Assembly: GCA_025201805.1 (NCBI GenBank)
Contig: MU619252.1
Location: 62,001 to 126,000, forward strand
DNA: 64,000 nt
Origin: Parasitella parasitica NRRL 2501
Lineage: Eukaryota; Fungi; Mucoromycota
Reading direction: 5' to 3'
Shown: piece by piece, positions 49,641-64,000 of the stretch
Layout: each line of letters begins with the position of its first letter
Position numbering within the stretch: the stretch's first letter is position 1
Program-made: the position numbers and the translations under genes
The notes under the pieces: model-generated
Databases searched by the model: none
What the model saw: only the letters and a program-made list of their open reading frames with translations
What the model was told of the DNA's origin: nothing

Positions 49641-51202
49641 GACAACTCCACACTTTATTCTATTGTGCATTTCGCTAGTTTTGTTGGTTGTAGCACAAGT
49701 TTCTGCTGAGGAAGATGAGCCCAACGGAAGTCCGGGTCAAATGTGTTATGCAGATGCTTATAACTCGGTACATGGAGATTGGAATAAATCTTATTCGACA
49801 CAAGATCCACAGCAGATATACATTTCTTTGACAGATGATGCCAATTCCGCACGTGTCCAATTTGCCACATTGGGGGAAATCAAAGAATCTATTTTGGTGT
49901 ACTGGCCCAAAGAGAACAAGGGAAAAAGCGCTACTATTCAGGGTCAGGTATGGAGTAATTGTTTTTTTTTTTTTTTTTACCGGTGCATAGTTTACTTATC
50001 TAAAGGTGAGCAGGATTGGGAATTCGTGGATGGTGGTATTGCTCAGCGCAAACTTTACCTCCATAAACTAAAGACAAACGAGCTTGAATTAGCAACTGTT
50101 TATCAGTACAAAGTTGGGTCCAAGACCAAGTCCAACATAAAATGGTCTAAATCATACGAATTTCATACTGCACCAAAGAGAAACGACTTCAGTTTTATTG
50201 CTACTGGCGATGTAGGCGCCTGCAATGCTGTGGCTGTTTCCCACATGATGGATCTAGCGAAAACCCATAAATATGACTTTGTCACGGTTGCTGGTGATCA
50301 AGCTTATAATTTAGACGACTTCAACGGCACTAAGGGCGACGAGTACATGAATTTTATGCAGGATCTCTTTGCTCAAGTACCGTATTTAGGCGCAGTCGGA
50401 AATCATGAAAGCGCCTACAATTTCAGCCATTACAAAAATAGGTAGGTCGTTATTTAATGGAAAGCAAACAAACACGATTGCTTACGGATGTTGGGAATTC
50501 AGATTTGATAGCGTTCCTTATGCTGAATCAAAATTCGATAATTCATTAATGTACTCGATCAATTATAAATCCCTGCATCTTGTTTCATTTTCCACAGAGG
50601 TGTATTTCACTGGAACAACGGAGGAAATACAAACAGCTGTAAACTGGCTCAATGCTGATTTAGAAGAGGCTAATAAGCACAGACGCACAAGACCTTGGAT
50701 CATCTTTTTGACGCACCATCCTATATATTGTTCCATGGACAGCTCAGACTGTTCTACAAGAGCAGCCACAATTAAAAACGGACCAGTTGATCCTAATACA
50801 AACTTGAATTGGGGTGGTCTCGAAGATATTATGCTAAAACACAAAGTCGATGTATACATGAGCGGTCATGTTCACAACTATGAACGAACATATCCTGTAT
50901 CCAAGGGAAATCTGATTACAAAATCATATCATAATGCGCCCAGTTTTTTCCAAATTGTTATAGGGAATGCTGGTCAACCTGAAGGTCCTGCTCAGTTTGG
51001 GGATGGTCCATTTCCTGCTTGGTCTGCCGCTCGTTACAGTAGTTTTGGATTTTCTACATTTAGAGTGACACCCTCTACTATGAGGATTGTCCACCACCAA
51101 GCAAATATAGATGGTACGTTAGGTGGTGTTGTAGATCAATTTACGGTCTCCAAAGATTTACCGAGAAATAGCAAAAAGAAACGAGACTTTTGTGTTGTAT
51201 AA
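49639..51202 (+). CDS. Secreted purple acid phosphatase (metallophosphoesterase); 2 introns
   Basis: Signal peptide, FN3-like N-domain, and the metal-ligand blocks GDVG, GDQAY, GNHE, HHP and GHVH. Confidence 0.92.
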
Positions 51203-51994
51203 AGTATACGGACGTATATACATGATGAATAAATACATTGTTGAATCACCATATTAACATGACACATAGCTCTGGACTCTGAGCTGTATACATCACGGAG
51301 TAGTTATTATAAAGGGGAGCGTTGCGTGTTCAGATAAATTGTCTCATAACAACATTGTAGCAATGTCATTGCCAGTCAATTAGAGTTAATAGAAATGCGA
51401 ACACTATTAAATAAAAGTGCAAACCCAAGCATAAAGTCAGTTTTAGCTGTATGTTGTAATATGGAGGCCTCCTGCTAGCACTATTGTAAATTAGCTCATA
51501 TCATCCCATACATTGCTGTCAATAATTGCTGCTAGTCAAACAATGTCCACATGTATTGTCTATGCAACTTTCCACACAACAATCTAGATAATTGCACTTG
51601 ATCGCATACTTTTCACTTTTTATTGCACCATTACGTCTGCGGGATAAAATTGCCCTGAAGATCCAGCTGGGCCCTACATGGCCAATTGCAACTTGGATCT
51701 GATGCTGCTTACAGAATCACATACACATATCCCAAAGGATAATTATTAATTACATGCGGAAAACCTAATGAGCGTTTGTTGATGGGGAGTCTTGCTTGTG
51801 TCACAGACATAATATAAATACTTCCATATCAAGTTGTTGCAAAGTGATACAAGACAGGTTACTACGGAGTTTATTCAAAATTCGAGTGATTTGAAATGTT
51901 TTTTCTTTGTTGAAAGACTTGAAAAATCCAATTTTTTTTTTTTTTTTTTTTTTATTGCTTCCATGTTAACTCTTCTTTAAAAAGTTTATAAACA

Positions 51995-53874
51995 ATGGAG
52001 GACAAGCACTTTCATGCCAGGTCATTCTTGGCGCCTTCAGTTTCGCAAGATTACGTATTGCAAATGGAGCCAGTTGATTCCACAGCATCAACTCCTCCAG
52101 CTGTTGCAACCTCTTCGACAAACACAACAAAAGGCAGAAAGAACTCGGCCGATGTCGAAGTTTGTTATCCATACCCCACACAACAGCCCGACCAGCATTC
52201 AACATTGGAAACAGAAGTATTGAAATCTTATATGCAAAATTCAAAATCTGATGAAGCAGGCGATCCAGAGTACCAACTAGAACGGCAACTCACAGCCAAG
52301 TTGGATGATTTATTGGACAGTAGCCTAAACGAGCCAAGTTCTGCTTCAAGACGCTTTAGCCTTTATGGCGATAATGTTCGGGTAGAGTTACATGCATTGG
52401 AGTTGTACTCTAAATTTATTAACCACTGCATCGTTAGGATCCATCTGAAGTAAATAAGGATATAGACAGATACACATTTTATTCCGCTGAACTGGGATCA
52501 TTAAAGAGTCGATCATTTCATCAGCTACTTTTGACGAATTCACCCTCAAATAATCAAACAACAGTGGCTGATCTTCTGATGGAGACAACTAGTTGGTGGA
52601 TCGACATATTTGCACCTTCCAATGACGAAATGCGTTTCATCAGTAAAGTAAATAAAGATGCTTCTATGAGGGTTGGTTTGTATGTTGTTTTTTTTTAACA
52701 CGACTCGACAATTAGATTTTTCGAATTCATCCATTGACAACCGAAGATATCCAAGCTCAGGAATCGAGAGAGAAATGTGAAATATTCCAGAATTACATGT
52801 TTATTAGCTTTAGAAGCTTCAATCATGATTTCAACAGCCCTGACTATCTCGAAGCAGTTAGTTTCTATATTGTCATCTTCAAAGATGGCGTCTTGACTGT
52901 AAATATGCTGTAGATTATTGTCACTTCCTCTGCGCAAGGCAAAAAAAAAAAAAAAAAAAAAAAACTGACTTTTTTGCCATTGCCTAGTTCCGATTCCAAG
53001 ATTTACCTCATCCTCATAATGTTCGTCGGCGAATCCATCAGCTCAAGGACCTCATCCATGTAACGCCAGAGTGGATCAATTACGCTTTAATTGATAATAT
53101 CACAGACAGTTTTGCGCCACTGATTCAGCATACCGAGTTGGAAGTCGACTCAATTGATGATCTTGTGCTCGTATTGAACGGATCAGAACAAAATGATATG
53201 TTGAGACGCATTGGCAGCTGCAGAAAAACAGTTATGCAACTGCTGCGTTTGCTAGGGCCCAAAGCAGACGTTGTGCGCAGCTTGATCAAAAGATACGAAG
53301 ACAAAGCAAAAGAAATCGAGTACAATAGCATGCGAACACGAGAACCCGGGGCTGCTCCTAGCGGCACAGTAACGGCCAATAACACAATACCAAACAATGC
53401 ATCAACAACAACAACAACGACAACAACAACAACAACGGGCAATATTATACCAGAACAAGACGAGGTAAAAGCCCACCATGAAGTGACATTGTATCTAGGA
53501 GACATCCAAGATCATATTCTTACCATGCTGCAAAATGTGAATCATTATGACCTTATTCTCGGTCGAGCACATCGAAACTATCTGGGCCAAATTTCTATCG
53601 AGTTGTCGCAAGCTGGCAATACTACAAACGAAGTTATCAATCGACTGACTTTCTTTGCTACCATCATCGTGCCACTGGTAACTACACTGTTGGCGCAGAC
53701 TTTTGTGTATCTAATTACTTTGAATAGAATCTAGTCGGTGGTTTATTTGGCATGAATGTCCATGTTCCTGGTCAAAATAACCAAGACTTGGTCTGGTTTT
53801 TTTGGATTGTTCTAGGAATGCTGCTGTATGTCACAGCAATGCTGGCTGTTGGAAAGAGAACAGGCTTCCTTTAG
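51995..53874 (+). CDS. CorA-family Mg2+ transporter (Alr1/Mnr2-like); 4 introns
   Basis: WWIDIFAP, IHPLTTEDI, WINYALIDNITDSF, YLGDIQDH, GLFGMNV (GMN signature) and two C-terminal TM helices. A poly-Thr (ACA)n insert lies at about 53403-53436. Confidence 0.92.
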
Positions 53875-54122
53875 ACTTTTATTTTATGACTTGTAACCCT
53901 TGGCAGGACAGTATGGCCATCTGCATCGAGTAGCTTTTTGTACTTGGGGATTTAATCTATAATAAACCTTTGTCTGTATTAGTAATAATACGCATATACC
54001 CTGTATGTCGGCAAAGTGGTATGCTTGCGTTGCTCTCCTAACCCAGTCACCGAGAAGTTTTAAATTGCAAGTGCACCGTTGTTTTTTAATCAACACTGGT
54101 TAAGCTCATTCACTCATTCAAT

Positions 54123-56623
54123 ATGTCGAATCATATGGATCTACATGACGAGTTTGCTCGAGTCGTCAACACATTTGGGCCTGACTCTGCAAAAGAGACT
54201 GCCGACCACTTTGCAGAGCTGACCTGTCTACATGAAAAGTGAGCCAATATCTTTAATAGACGTGTAGTATGTACTCATCAACCTTGTAGCGATCCCAGCC
54301 ATTTCATGTACTATGAAAACGCTGCTTGGAGGCTACTATCTTTGCTGCAAGAGTAAGTTTGAATACAAACATTCAATTATAGACCTTCAACCTTTATCCG
54401 ATAGAACAAAGACCAAACCGAGCCTACATCGACTTGCTGCAAGTAGACACAGATTACCAGAAAAGTCGAACACAACTAATCGAATGTATAGGTACTGAAG
54501 CAATGGGTATCACAGATAAGCATAGACCAGAGTCTGATTGATCGTATCAATGAGCTCAATGATGTCGATGAAGAGATCACCAACTTGTTCAATCATGTCG
54601 GGATTGTACACAACAAAGAAAATCTAGAGCCACCTAGAAAGAAGCGCAGCGTTACAACCAAAGAACAGGATGGCGAGGATCTATACAAGAAGCACTTTGA
54701 GAAGCTTCGTTCAAACAATTTGACGCCTATCAAAACATCGAATCAAGATGTCCTTATTGATTACATGGTCAATGGATTTATGCAGTATCAAAAGATGGCA
54801 TTGAGTAAGTTTATGGCTTGTACATATGCGCTTAAACGACTTGCACTGACACAGGCTATAACAGTGGATCAAGGCTCAGAGATCGTTGGGAGAGAACGCA
54901 GTGCTTGGAAAAAAGCAGTAGTGCATGAGATAAAACAGGTATGTGTTTCAATATCACAAGCGGCAACAATCCCATGTATTTTAATTCATGTGGGACAGAA
55001 ATCAGCAGGAAAACATAGAAAAGCATTGTTTAATGTATTGGCTGGAAAGTCAAGAGACTTGTATAATACAACAACGTGCAACACATGGGAGGATGTTGTG
55101 TGGGCTTATTTGAACGAAAAAATAGAGGCCATGCTGGATGCTCCTCATTCAACATTAAACGAAGACAGCATCTTACCTGACGACATTGCCATAATAGCAC
55201 TGTCAAAAGATGTGATCATGGACAAGTAAGACTATAATGAGTGGGCTTTCAAGAGACTGACGCATTTTTTCTTTGGGTAGAGACGACCCTCGAATTCTAT
55301 TTCATCATGTCCTGACTGCCATACTATCAAATCAACCACAGAAAATCATCAGAGACATTTACTTGGCCTACTCAAATGGTGAGAGGCAAAGCCAGCTGGA
55401 ACCAAGCATTTACATTAGTAATCAGCCTGACGAACGTGCTGAAGTATTGAGGTTTCTGTCAACTTTTATATTGTACAGTCGAGAACATTGTGGTTGGCAA
55501 GAAAACTTGTATTCGACCCAATTTTTATCAGCATATTCCAGCGTGAACGCAGACCCAGGCGTGATGAGGCCAGTTGTTATTGCTGCTTATGCTGCCAAAC
55601 AGCCTCCGGACCAGCAAATAGAGATATATTCTACTTTCCTCCAGAACTTTGATGGCGACGACGAAGAGTGCGCAATCTTATTGCAGCTTGGCAAAGAATA
55701 CGGCTTGAATATGCCTGATATCTTACAATTTACATATACCCACCTATTCAAAAAGGCAATCTCTTTAACTCCTACCAAGGTCTCTACAGAGGTACCCGAC
55801 AAGCTGAATCTCTTACTCGAGGAAAAGACAACTGCAGACGACGCCATGTTTTTACGAGCAGCCAAATGGCTCACCTTTGATGAGAGCATGTGCGTGCAAG
55901 CGTTTCAAGCTGCCAATATGATAATTCGCTATCTCTTGGGCATTTACAAGATTTATCTGATTCAAGAGATCTTTGGATTGTTTACGGATTCAATGGTCGA
56001 AGGCATGGCCGCTAAAGCGGAACAACATGCGGACTCACAAGCAATCTTTACGGAATTTGAGTTGCATCGATGCATAGTGGATTCTTTGGTGGAATACGAC
56101 TGTTGGGAGAAACTGATTCAAAAGGCACCTGCAGACGAGTAAGTTCCTACCACGACTAATGCCTAAATCTGCCTTTTTAATAAATAACTCTGTCATAGTG
56201 GCTCGTTGGATTCTATTTTAGAGGTGTACAAATGGCAAGATCAGGTGCAGAAAGAAAGCACCGAGTTGAGCAATCAAATGTTTCGAGTTTTACATGAAGA
56301 TTGGCTTTCACAGGAATCTACCGAAACAGCACAGGTATCAAAGGCAGCACTTCGACAGATTTACATTCCAGAACTGCTGATTCGATACCACCATGTTCTT
56401 TACTCGACCATCAACATCATGCCAAGGTAATCTGAATTGTATAAGAATATCAGGAAAAAAAAAAAAAAAAAAAGATATTTACAAAAATAAATCTAGTAAC
56501 AAGGAGAAATGCGAGCAAGCAAGCCAGTTGATTACAGAGAACAATGAAAGGATATTCAACGATGTTAGTTCAGCCAAGAAAATGGGCAAAGTGGTGAAAG
56601 AGCTCAGTAAATCTCTCAAATAA
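54123..56623 (+). CDS. NUP84: Nucleoporin Nup84/Nup107
   Basis: ENAAWRLL, RSAWKK, RKALFNVLAG, CNTWEDVVWAYLN, LRFLSTFILY and LRQIYIPELLIRYH; about 7 introns. Confidence 0.8.
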
Positions 56624-56664
56624 GTTCAAAGGACTATATTAAAAATAAACTTGTATATTTTGCT

Positions 56665-57631
56665 CTACTTTTTTTCCCCTGTTTTGAAAGCATCTCTACC
56701 CTTGACATAAGCGCGGATAATCTCACCAAAGTTCTTGCCTTGATAATGTGCGATAGCAAGTTCCTTTTCAGTGACATCTCTTGATCCATCACCAGCAGCA
56801 ATGGCACCAGCGCCATAAGGGGAGCCACCGACAATTTCTTGCACGTTGTTTAAAGAATCAGACAAGGCAGGCGGGTAGCCAAGAGGGACATAGGTCATAC
56901 CTTGATGCACAAAGTAGGGGATCGTGGTTAACGCGGTCGTTTCTTGGCCACCGTGCTATATATTTATATATGTGCATGATAAACGTTGATGAGCTGATAC
57001 GCTATATACACTTTTTTTTTTATCCCTCCTCCCAAACTGTAAACACTTGTATACCTGAGAACCTGTACTGAAGAATGTGCCAGCAAACTTTCCATTGAGA
57101 GATCCTCTAGCAAACTGAGCACCAGTAGCATCCAACAGACTATAATACATGGTGATTGCGCAACATAAATCAGTCGTGTACATCCGTGCAGAGTTGGCTA
57201 TGTATAAACGACTTACCCTTTTACTTGACTAGGCATTGAGCCAAATCTTGTGGATAAAAAGTAGCATTAGACCAAGCAGCCGACGCGCACCCCCGCCCAA
57301 ACACACATTCTCTTACCTCGTAGGAAATCCAAAAATGATGCCATCCGCTTCAGTCAGTTGCTCTGGCTTGATGATAGGTAAATCAGGCTTTGGTGGAGCG
57401 TGAATGGCCTTCAAGACATTTTCAGGCAACGTTTCTTGGACTTTTTTTTATTTTTATATTTTGACACGAATCAGACAGGGCAATGACAAGTGAATCTGAT
57501 TATGCATTACCTTGAAACATTTTGGCAGAAACACCAGTGGATTCTAGTCCTTTTTGAACTTGGACAGCCAACTTGTGAACATGGTGATAAACGGTGTAGA
57601 TAACGACGTAAACTTTTGCAGGTTGGGACAT
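56665..57631 (-). CDS. Flavodoxin-like NAD(P)H:quinone oxidoreductase (WrbA/Pst2/Ycp4 family), 5 exons
   Basis: [21 protein letters not shown] (through a 30-nt exon), FFSTGSQHGGQETT and GGSPYGAG. Confidence 0.92.
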
Positions 57632-58228
57632 TCTGCTATGATATTTTGTAGATAAGCAACAAAAAAAAAAAAAAAAAAAAAAAAACCAAGTGCCTGTCGC
57701 ATTTTATTTATAAATTCCAGAATGAGGCTGAATTTGCTTATTGTGCATATCTGACAAAGATCTCAGTCATGCTTACCAATTTGAAGCTTATTAATTTAAT
57801 CATCGAAATGCAGCGCATATACCCTACATGTACTCATGTATACCGACAGAACAAAATATTCGAGAGTGTACCGTATTTGCATTCTTAATACAGTGTCAAG
57901 GAAGTTGCTGATTGAGGTGTCATGAATATAGACGTTGACATGAGAATTTGTGACCTTATGAGATGTGAATGAGCACATTATTGGGTATCTAATTGGTAGT
58001 AATCCTGTTTTGCAGCAACTGTTGCTCTCATGTGTAAATCAAGCAGGAAATACTTGTTCCAATAAAGAGCAGCTGCTTGGGAGCAAAAGTAGCCATCCAT
58101 CTCAAACTACTTTGCTCTACCAGTACTGCCTTCCCGGTCTTCGGCATGTGAATTTAAATAGCTTGTTTGTCATGTTTTTCTCTTGGTGTCTTCTCACACA
58201 AACCCACAACAAAAAAAAAACTATCGCA

Positions 58229-59530
58229 ATGCTTCGTTTACCTTCACAGACTAACCAGACCGAATGGAATTCAAACTGGAAAGAGATCCAGCCTGCTTTG
58301 CGCAAAGTGAGACGATCGATGGCGTCTTTAAGAACTTCATCCCTTAAAGTAATGCGAGTCAGTCAGCTCGATTCTGATATTTTGGATGTTGAGCTCGTCG
58401 ATATATTGAAGGAGCAGCTTTGGAGTGCGCTCTCATTATTCAAGGTAACATGGCAAATGATGGCAGACTGAAAGACCAAGCAAACTTACAGTGCTCTAAG
58501 CCTACAATCAAAGAAAGCCTGGAACCAGAGTTACTAGGATTGCTCAACCTTGTACTGTTCAAGCTGTCAATCTACGACTCTTCTGCAACATATGGTGCTC
58601 AGCTGCAGAACTTAAAGTATCGCAACGAATGGCAGCATGGTGGAGCATGTAAGTATATGCTGCAGATCCAAACGATCTGTGCAACCAGCCGCTAAAAACT
58701 ACTATTGCATAGTTGAATCAATCGCAAAAGATGCCCCACTTGCAAAAACCCAAAAGATACTGTATGGGCTTTTTACAGTAGGAGGGCAATATGCCTGGAC
58801 AAGGGCAAACAGATACATTACAGCCAAAGGCTGGGGGGAATTGGACGAATCTGACATACGCAACAAAGTGTATCGAGTCCTGCAAACAGGAGAAAAGTAC
58901 TGGAAGGCATTTTCATTGATCAATTTTTTGGTGTTTTTATGGAATGGAAAGTATCGCACGCTTATTGATCGAGTGTTGGCTATGAGGCTTGTATATTCAA
59001 AGAAATCAATGAACAGACAAGTCAGCTTTGAATTCTTGAATCGACAGATGGTCTGGCATGCATTCACTGTAAGTTTTTTTTTGTCTATGTATGCAATCTA
59101 TCGACGAGCCATGACTCAAGACATTTTTGCCGCTTGATAGGAATTCCTGCTGTTTTTGGTACCTTTGATCAATGTCGAAAAATTGAAGATGAAGTTGATG
59201 CGCATGCTGCTGCCAAAATCATACCTGGTGTCTTCCAAGGGATACGATTTGCTCCCCGTAAATCAATGCGCAATTTGCCATGACTCTACTTCAAGCGAAA
59301 ATGTGTCTGTAGGACAGGTTCAAAGCTTTAGTATTCACAATCCATACGAAACGAACTGTGGCCACCGATATTGCTACTATTGCATTCAGAGCAAATTATC
59401 TGTGTTTGGTGACGAGTGGCCTTGCTTACGCTGCGGTGAAAAGGTGTCTGAAATCCACAAGCATATTGAAATAGTACAAGATGAAAAATTAGACGAGAAG
59501 AAGGCAAAAATAAAGGAATCTTTGCCTTGA
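58229..59530 (+). CDS. PEX2: Peroxin Pex2 RING E3 ligase; 3 introns
   Basis: RVSQLDSDILD, ATYGAQLQNLKY, GKYRTLIDR, RQVSFEFLNRQMVWHAFTEFL, and RING CAIC...CGHRYCYYC...CLRC. Confidence 0.94.
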
Positions 59531-59794
59531 AGATATAGTAGTGCGGATTTGTTCCCCTCGAAAAAAAAAAAAAAAAAATAGCCAATAACACTCGTGGGTT
59601 TCCATTCATAGTTGCAAAGACGTTATAGTTGTTGTTTTTTTTAAAAAATGAAATGAAATGCTGCTGTCCAAGAATAGTTTGATCTAAAGCAGGAGTTGCG
59701 CTGGCTTGTGTGCATGAATAGTATACACACCAAGTTGACCTCTTTTTTTGTGATTACTGGATTTTTATTAGTATGGTATAATAGTACATGTTAT

Positions 59795-60283
59795 TTACAC
59801 GGCATCTTCCGCCTCCATCTCCTTTTCTTCAAACAGCTGCTTGGCTCTACGAATATCCTCGCTCATGTATAGTAGCTCCTCCACACGAGCAAGCTTCTTT
59901 GCGTCTTTTCGTAAAACAAACTTGAAATCTTCCACACGAACTTTGCCCCGATTTTCAGCTACTCCAGATGCTTTCTGACACTGTGCAAATTTGTTAATTA
60001 CACAGCCATGTCGAACCGTACACATGGATTACCATTTCTGTTATATAGTCAATGACAAGATCATCCATGACAGCGATTGAATCTGACGCCGGATTAGCAA
60101 CATCGCCAAATCCATACATGAGTAATTTCACTACGGGTGGGATAAGTTGCCCTGATCACAATTTCCTCTGAAAATGTACTTACAATCTCTGGAGAACATG
60201 CCCTTTCGAACCGTCTTTCTTCTTCCAGGTCCAATTCCAGGCTCACGCTCTTTTAGCTCTTTTGCTTCCTTTGGGTCACTCAT
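59795..60283 (-). CDS. TAF13: TFIID subunit Taf13; 2 introns
   Basis: LMYGFGDVANPASDS...DYITEMCQKA...KVRVEDFKFVLRKDAKKLARVEELL. Confidence 0.93.
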
Positions 60284-60454
60284 TGAAAAAGATGATAATT
60301 ATGATGATGATGATAAAAAAAAAAGAAGCGTCGTGGCAAGTACTACATCCGTGTCTGAAAAGACGAGCGAGTACACACAGTCACCAAGCTTTGGGTTGTG
60401 ATAAATGCCATCTTTGAAAAGCTTTTTGGTGTCTCTTGTCTTTTTATCGCCAGC

Positions 60455-63400
60455 ATGTTCCAAAAGACGACCTTACCGCCTCACGCTGCACCAGGCAAAG
60501 TTTCTTGCAGTACACAGCGCAACAATTTGACGCTGGATGACATCCAGTCTGATTCGATTGCTCAGATTGCCGAGAAGCATTTTGGTAGCTGGGATCCCCA
60601 AGTTGTTGAGAGCGTATTCAAGGACGAATTGGAGCCATCTTTGTTTAGTTCTCGCAAATTGCTGGTGCTGGATTACTACCAATACTTGGAAAAGGTGAGA
60701 TTTTTGTGTAAATAGTGGACCTTCACGGGAAAGCCTAACCATCCCGATTGGCAGTTTTTATGGCCCAATTACGATGCCAATGCATCGCTTAATCATGTCT
60801 TGTCCATTTGTTTGATCGTCAACGAAAAGGCCCGTCAGAATATTGCACTATGGGGTAGGTTATCATGTCTGAAATGCTACTTTACCAGGCGTCTAAACCA
60901 GCGCTTCCTGTAGACGCGTTCGAGTCTGATTCCAGCAAGTTTACCAACTTTTTTCAACGTGTTATCCATATGATAACCGACAATCAACTGCCAATACTCT
61001 TACGCAGACAGCTTTTAGTCTTTTTGATCCAATGCTTTCAAAGCTTCGAGAATAGCTTTGTTCGTGTTGAATGCTTGAAATTGGTGACAATCGGGATTTG
61101 GAGTCAATTAGCTCATCAAGACAAGCGGGAACAACTATTTGGCGACTACCCTACTCTTGAAAAACTATGGAATTTCAGCAACAAAAAGATGGTTGCCGCT
61201 GACGAGACAGTGAGAAGACAGATGGAGTTTGAGAGGGATTTCTTAAGTACGCTTATGCGAAGCTACATTGATTTATTGTACAAGATTCCTGCAGAAGGAG
61301 AAGGTACGCACATACTTGACGGATTTGCAAGCATGACATTAACGCTTTTAATCTAGCTGATCAAGATGTTATCGAGACTAGTGAACGTTATCTGGAGCTC
61401 TTTATTGATTTGGAATCCCAGCTACCAACTCGCCGTTTCTTCAATACTCTGCTGGATGATCATAATATTGTTGTGTTATCTCAAATGGCACCTTGTATGC
61501 ATAGACAAGACGGCGTTGTGGATCTAGTCAAGAAGCTAGTGGAGAGACTTGAATTTTACTCAAAGTTTGAGATCAATGATCAGACTGGTGCAGCATTGAC
61601 AGACCTTGAAATGACTGAAGCTCACTGTCAGCAACTGATTCGATTACAAGTAGGAACAAAACCATGGTTAATATTATTAGCACTCATGGCCAGTCTTTTT
61701 TTTTTTAGCATGTCGCATTCCGCCATTTTAGACACGAAATCACAGAATTACCATTAGCCAATTTGGCATCGATCGAGAGTCGCCAGGACCTTTTATGGCA
61801 TTTGCAGCCTTTGTCTAAAGATGTATTAACTCGGCTTTGTAATTTGTTGAATGTTCGCAGCGCACCTTTGGATATTAACATCGGCATCGACATCAAAGAT
61901 TTTCTAATCAACGTACTCGTATCAAAATACCAAAAGAGATCAAGCCAGATTGAAATGATCAACAGCCAGCCGTTGTATCCTGACGAAAATACACTTTTTG
62001 ATGATAATTTAATATCGACTCAATCCTTTGCTGGTGATCGCCCCTTAGCACTGCCCAAACTGAACCTTCAATTTTTAACAATTTTCGATTACCTGCTTCG
62101 AAACTTCACCCTGTTCAGATTGGAAAGCTTCTACGAAATTAGACAAGATATCGAAGATGCCGTTCGACGCATTGCACCCAGATTGTCGTATCCTGATCAT
62201 AAAACCGAGTTTGCAGGATGGGCTCGTATGGCTGTGTCTATTCAAGATTTCAAGTAAGTTTTGCTCCACTTGGTATTTAGCGAGCTGCTAACGTATATGT
62301 AATAACAGTATTGTCGATGTTGGAGAAGCCAATCTGGGAGAGTTAAAACCATCTCGAGTTAGAGCCGACGTAGGGTTTGACACTATGAAATTCTCCAAGA
62401 AAATCCGCAACGAATGGGACAATTTGCGCAAAAACGACGTCTTGTTTTTACTGACCATCGAGGCTACTGAGGAATCATCAAACGAAATAAAGGACAATCA
62501 AGATTTCAGACAGCACTACGGCATTAAACATATTCGGGGTTGCGAGATTGTTGACATTATTGGAAATGACGGTAAGTCTTTTCATCTGCATAGCATGTGT
62601 CTGCGTTTCATAGCTGATATTTCTTTGCAACAGGACGTGCAATTGACGAAATTTCATATTCGACACCTGAACAAAAGCAAGCCAAGTGGAAGGGCACCCG
62701 TCGTACGCTTCGTGTTGAGATGGATGCTAACCAGTACAAGTTGGACATGGAAAGATTCAATAATAAGCGGGCCGGAGATATTCACCAGACCTTTAACATT
62801 CTTATACGAAGAGAGCCTCACGAAAACAACTTTAAATCAGTTTTGGAGACTATCCGAGATTTGATGCAAAGCGATCTAGTGGTGCCTGAATGGCTGCAAA
62901 AAGTACTTTTGGGTTATGGCGATCCTGCCAGTGCCAACTATAAAAATATGCCTAATCGTGAACGCAAAGTCAATCTTTGCGATACATTTATTGACTTTGA
63001 GCACCTGAAGACTTGTTTTGAAGGCAAAAATCTGCAAATTTCAGGTCAGGAGCCTCTCGATCCTCCGTATGCTATCACAGTACTGGATGACCCCATGGAC
63101 CAGGACACTAAGCCTACGAAAAAATCAAAGAAATCCAAGCAACAACAGCAGAAAACAATTGAGCTAGAGACTCTCAAAGTATCGTCATATACATTACCCA
63201 ACAGGGGTCCCTTTCTTCAAGACATCCCCAAGAAGAACCAAATCAGATTTACACCTATCCAAGCCGAGTCGATTTATTCTGGCATGAATCATGGCTTAAC
63301 TTTGGTCGTGGGTTCTCCTGGCACTGGGAAAACCGATATTGCTGTGCAAACAGTTGCTAATCTGTATCACAACCATCCCGATCAACACACCCTGATTATT

Positions 63401-64000
63401 ACTCACAGTAACCAAGCATTGAATCAGATATTCAGCAAGATTGTCAAATTAGACGTCGACCCGAGACATCTCGTTCGTCTCGGTCATGGCGAACAAGAGT
63501 TAGATACCAACGTGAGCTTTAGCAAATACGGTTGTGTCTCTGCTGCATTAGAACGTCGCATTTTGCTCTTGCAACAAGTAGATCATGTAGCACAATCCAT
63601 CTCTGTGCCTGGTGAGCATGGTTCAACTTGCGAAACTGCCGACTATTTTTTCAAGATACATGTGTTGCCTAGTTGGGAGTCTTTCCAGCATGCCACAACT
63701 GCCTCTGACTCCGTGCAGCAGGTGCGTGATGCCTTCCCATTTGCTCAGTACTTTGCTAATGCTCCTACGCCTGTCTTCACTGATACCATGAGTCTTGAAG
63801 AGGCCGTGGAATCCGCTAATGGTTGCTTCAGACATTTACAGGGCATTTTCACACAACTGGAAGAGGTTCGACCATTCGAGCTTTTGAAATCTGCCTACGA
63901 CCGTGCCAACTACTTGGTGACAAAAGAAGCCAAAATCATTGCCATGACCAGTACGCATGCTGCTCTAAAGCGACGTGAATTGGCCAAACATGGCTTTAAA
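60455..64000 (+). CDS. AQR: Intron-binding spliceosomal RNA helicase Aquarius (Cwf11); 3' end lies beyond the window
   Basis: YLEKFLWPNY, ESQLPTRRF, LALPKLNLQFLT, RLESFYEIRQDIED, ENNFKSVL, Walker A GSPGTGKT, THSNQALN and AMTSTHAALKR. Confidence 0.94.

Noticed and set aside
63310-63333. Aquarius Walker A reads GSPGTGKT rather than GPPGTGKT
   Set aside because: The change is at a variable x position of GxxGxGKT, and the catalytic Lys and Thr are intact.

Overview
Gene-dense, AT-rich, intron-rich eukaryotic DNA. The short (about 50-90 nt) GT-AG introns and the gene set suggest a Mucorales fungus (inference). About 27 protein-coding genes can be assembled across introns: an Msb2/Hkr1-type mucin, a divergent Rab11-family GTPase, epoxide hydrolase, two coiled-coil proteins, a cytochrome b5 reductase, Kex1, a peroxisomal peroxiredoxin, an NDUFAF7/DUF185 methyltransferase, Vps68, a RasGAP, a choice-of-anchor A protein, an MBF/SBF APSES factor, Rad4/XPC, Bmt2, a glutaredoxin-like protein, G-protein gamma, NTAQ1, AP-3 delta, purple acid phosphatase, a CorA transporter, Nup84, a Pst2/WrbA quinone reductase, Pex2, Taf13 and Aquarius (truncated by the window edge). 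Gene-poor islands lie at about 4.6-9.2 kb, 21.1-23.4 kb and 41.4-45.5 kb. The first and last share a repeat that is exactly circularly permuted. The last also holds a solo LTR, an inverted-repeat-bounded DIRS-like remnant and a Tc1-type transposase fragment. Best novelty candidates: (1) a tail-anchored coiled-coil protein (15788-17379) with both a CC1-box and a Spindly-like motif, i.e. a possible membrane-anchored dynein-dynactin activating adaptor; (2) the permuted element, which implies a circular or rolling-circle intermediate. No rRNA, tRNA or CRISPR arrays were recognised. Exon boundaries were read by eye and family assignments rest on recalled motifs, not database searches.
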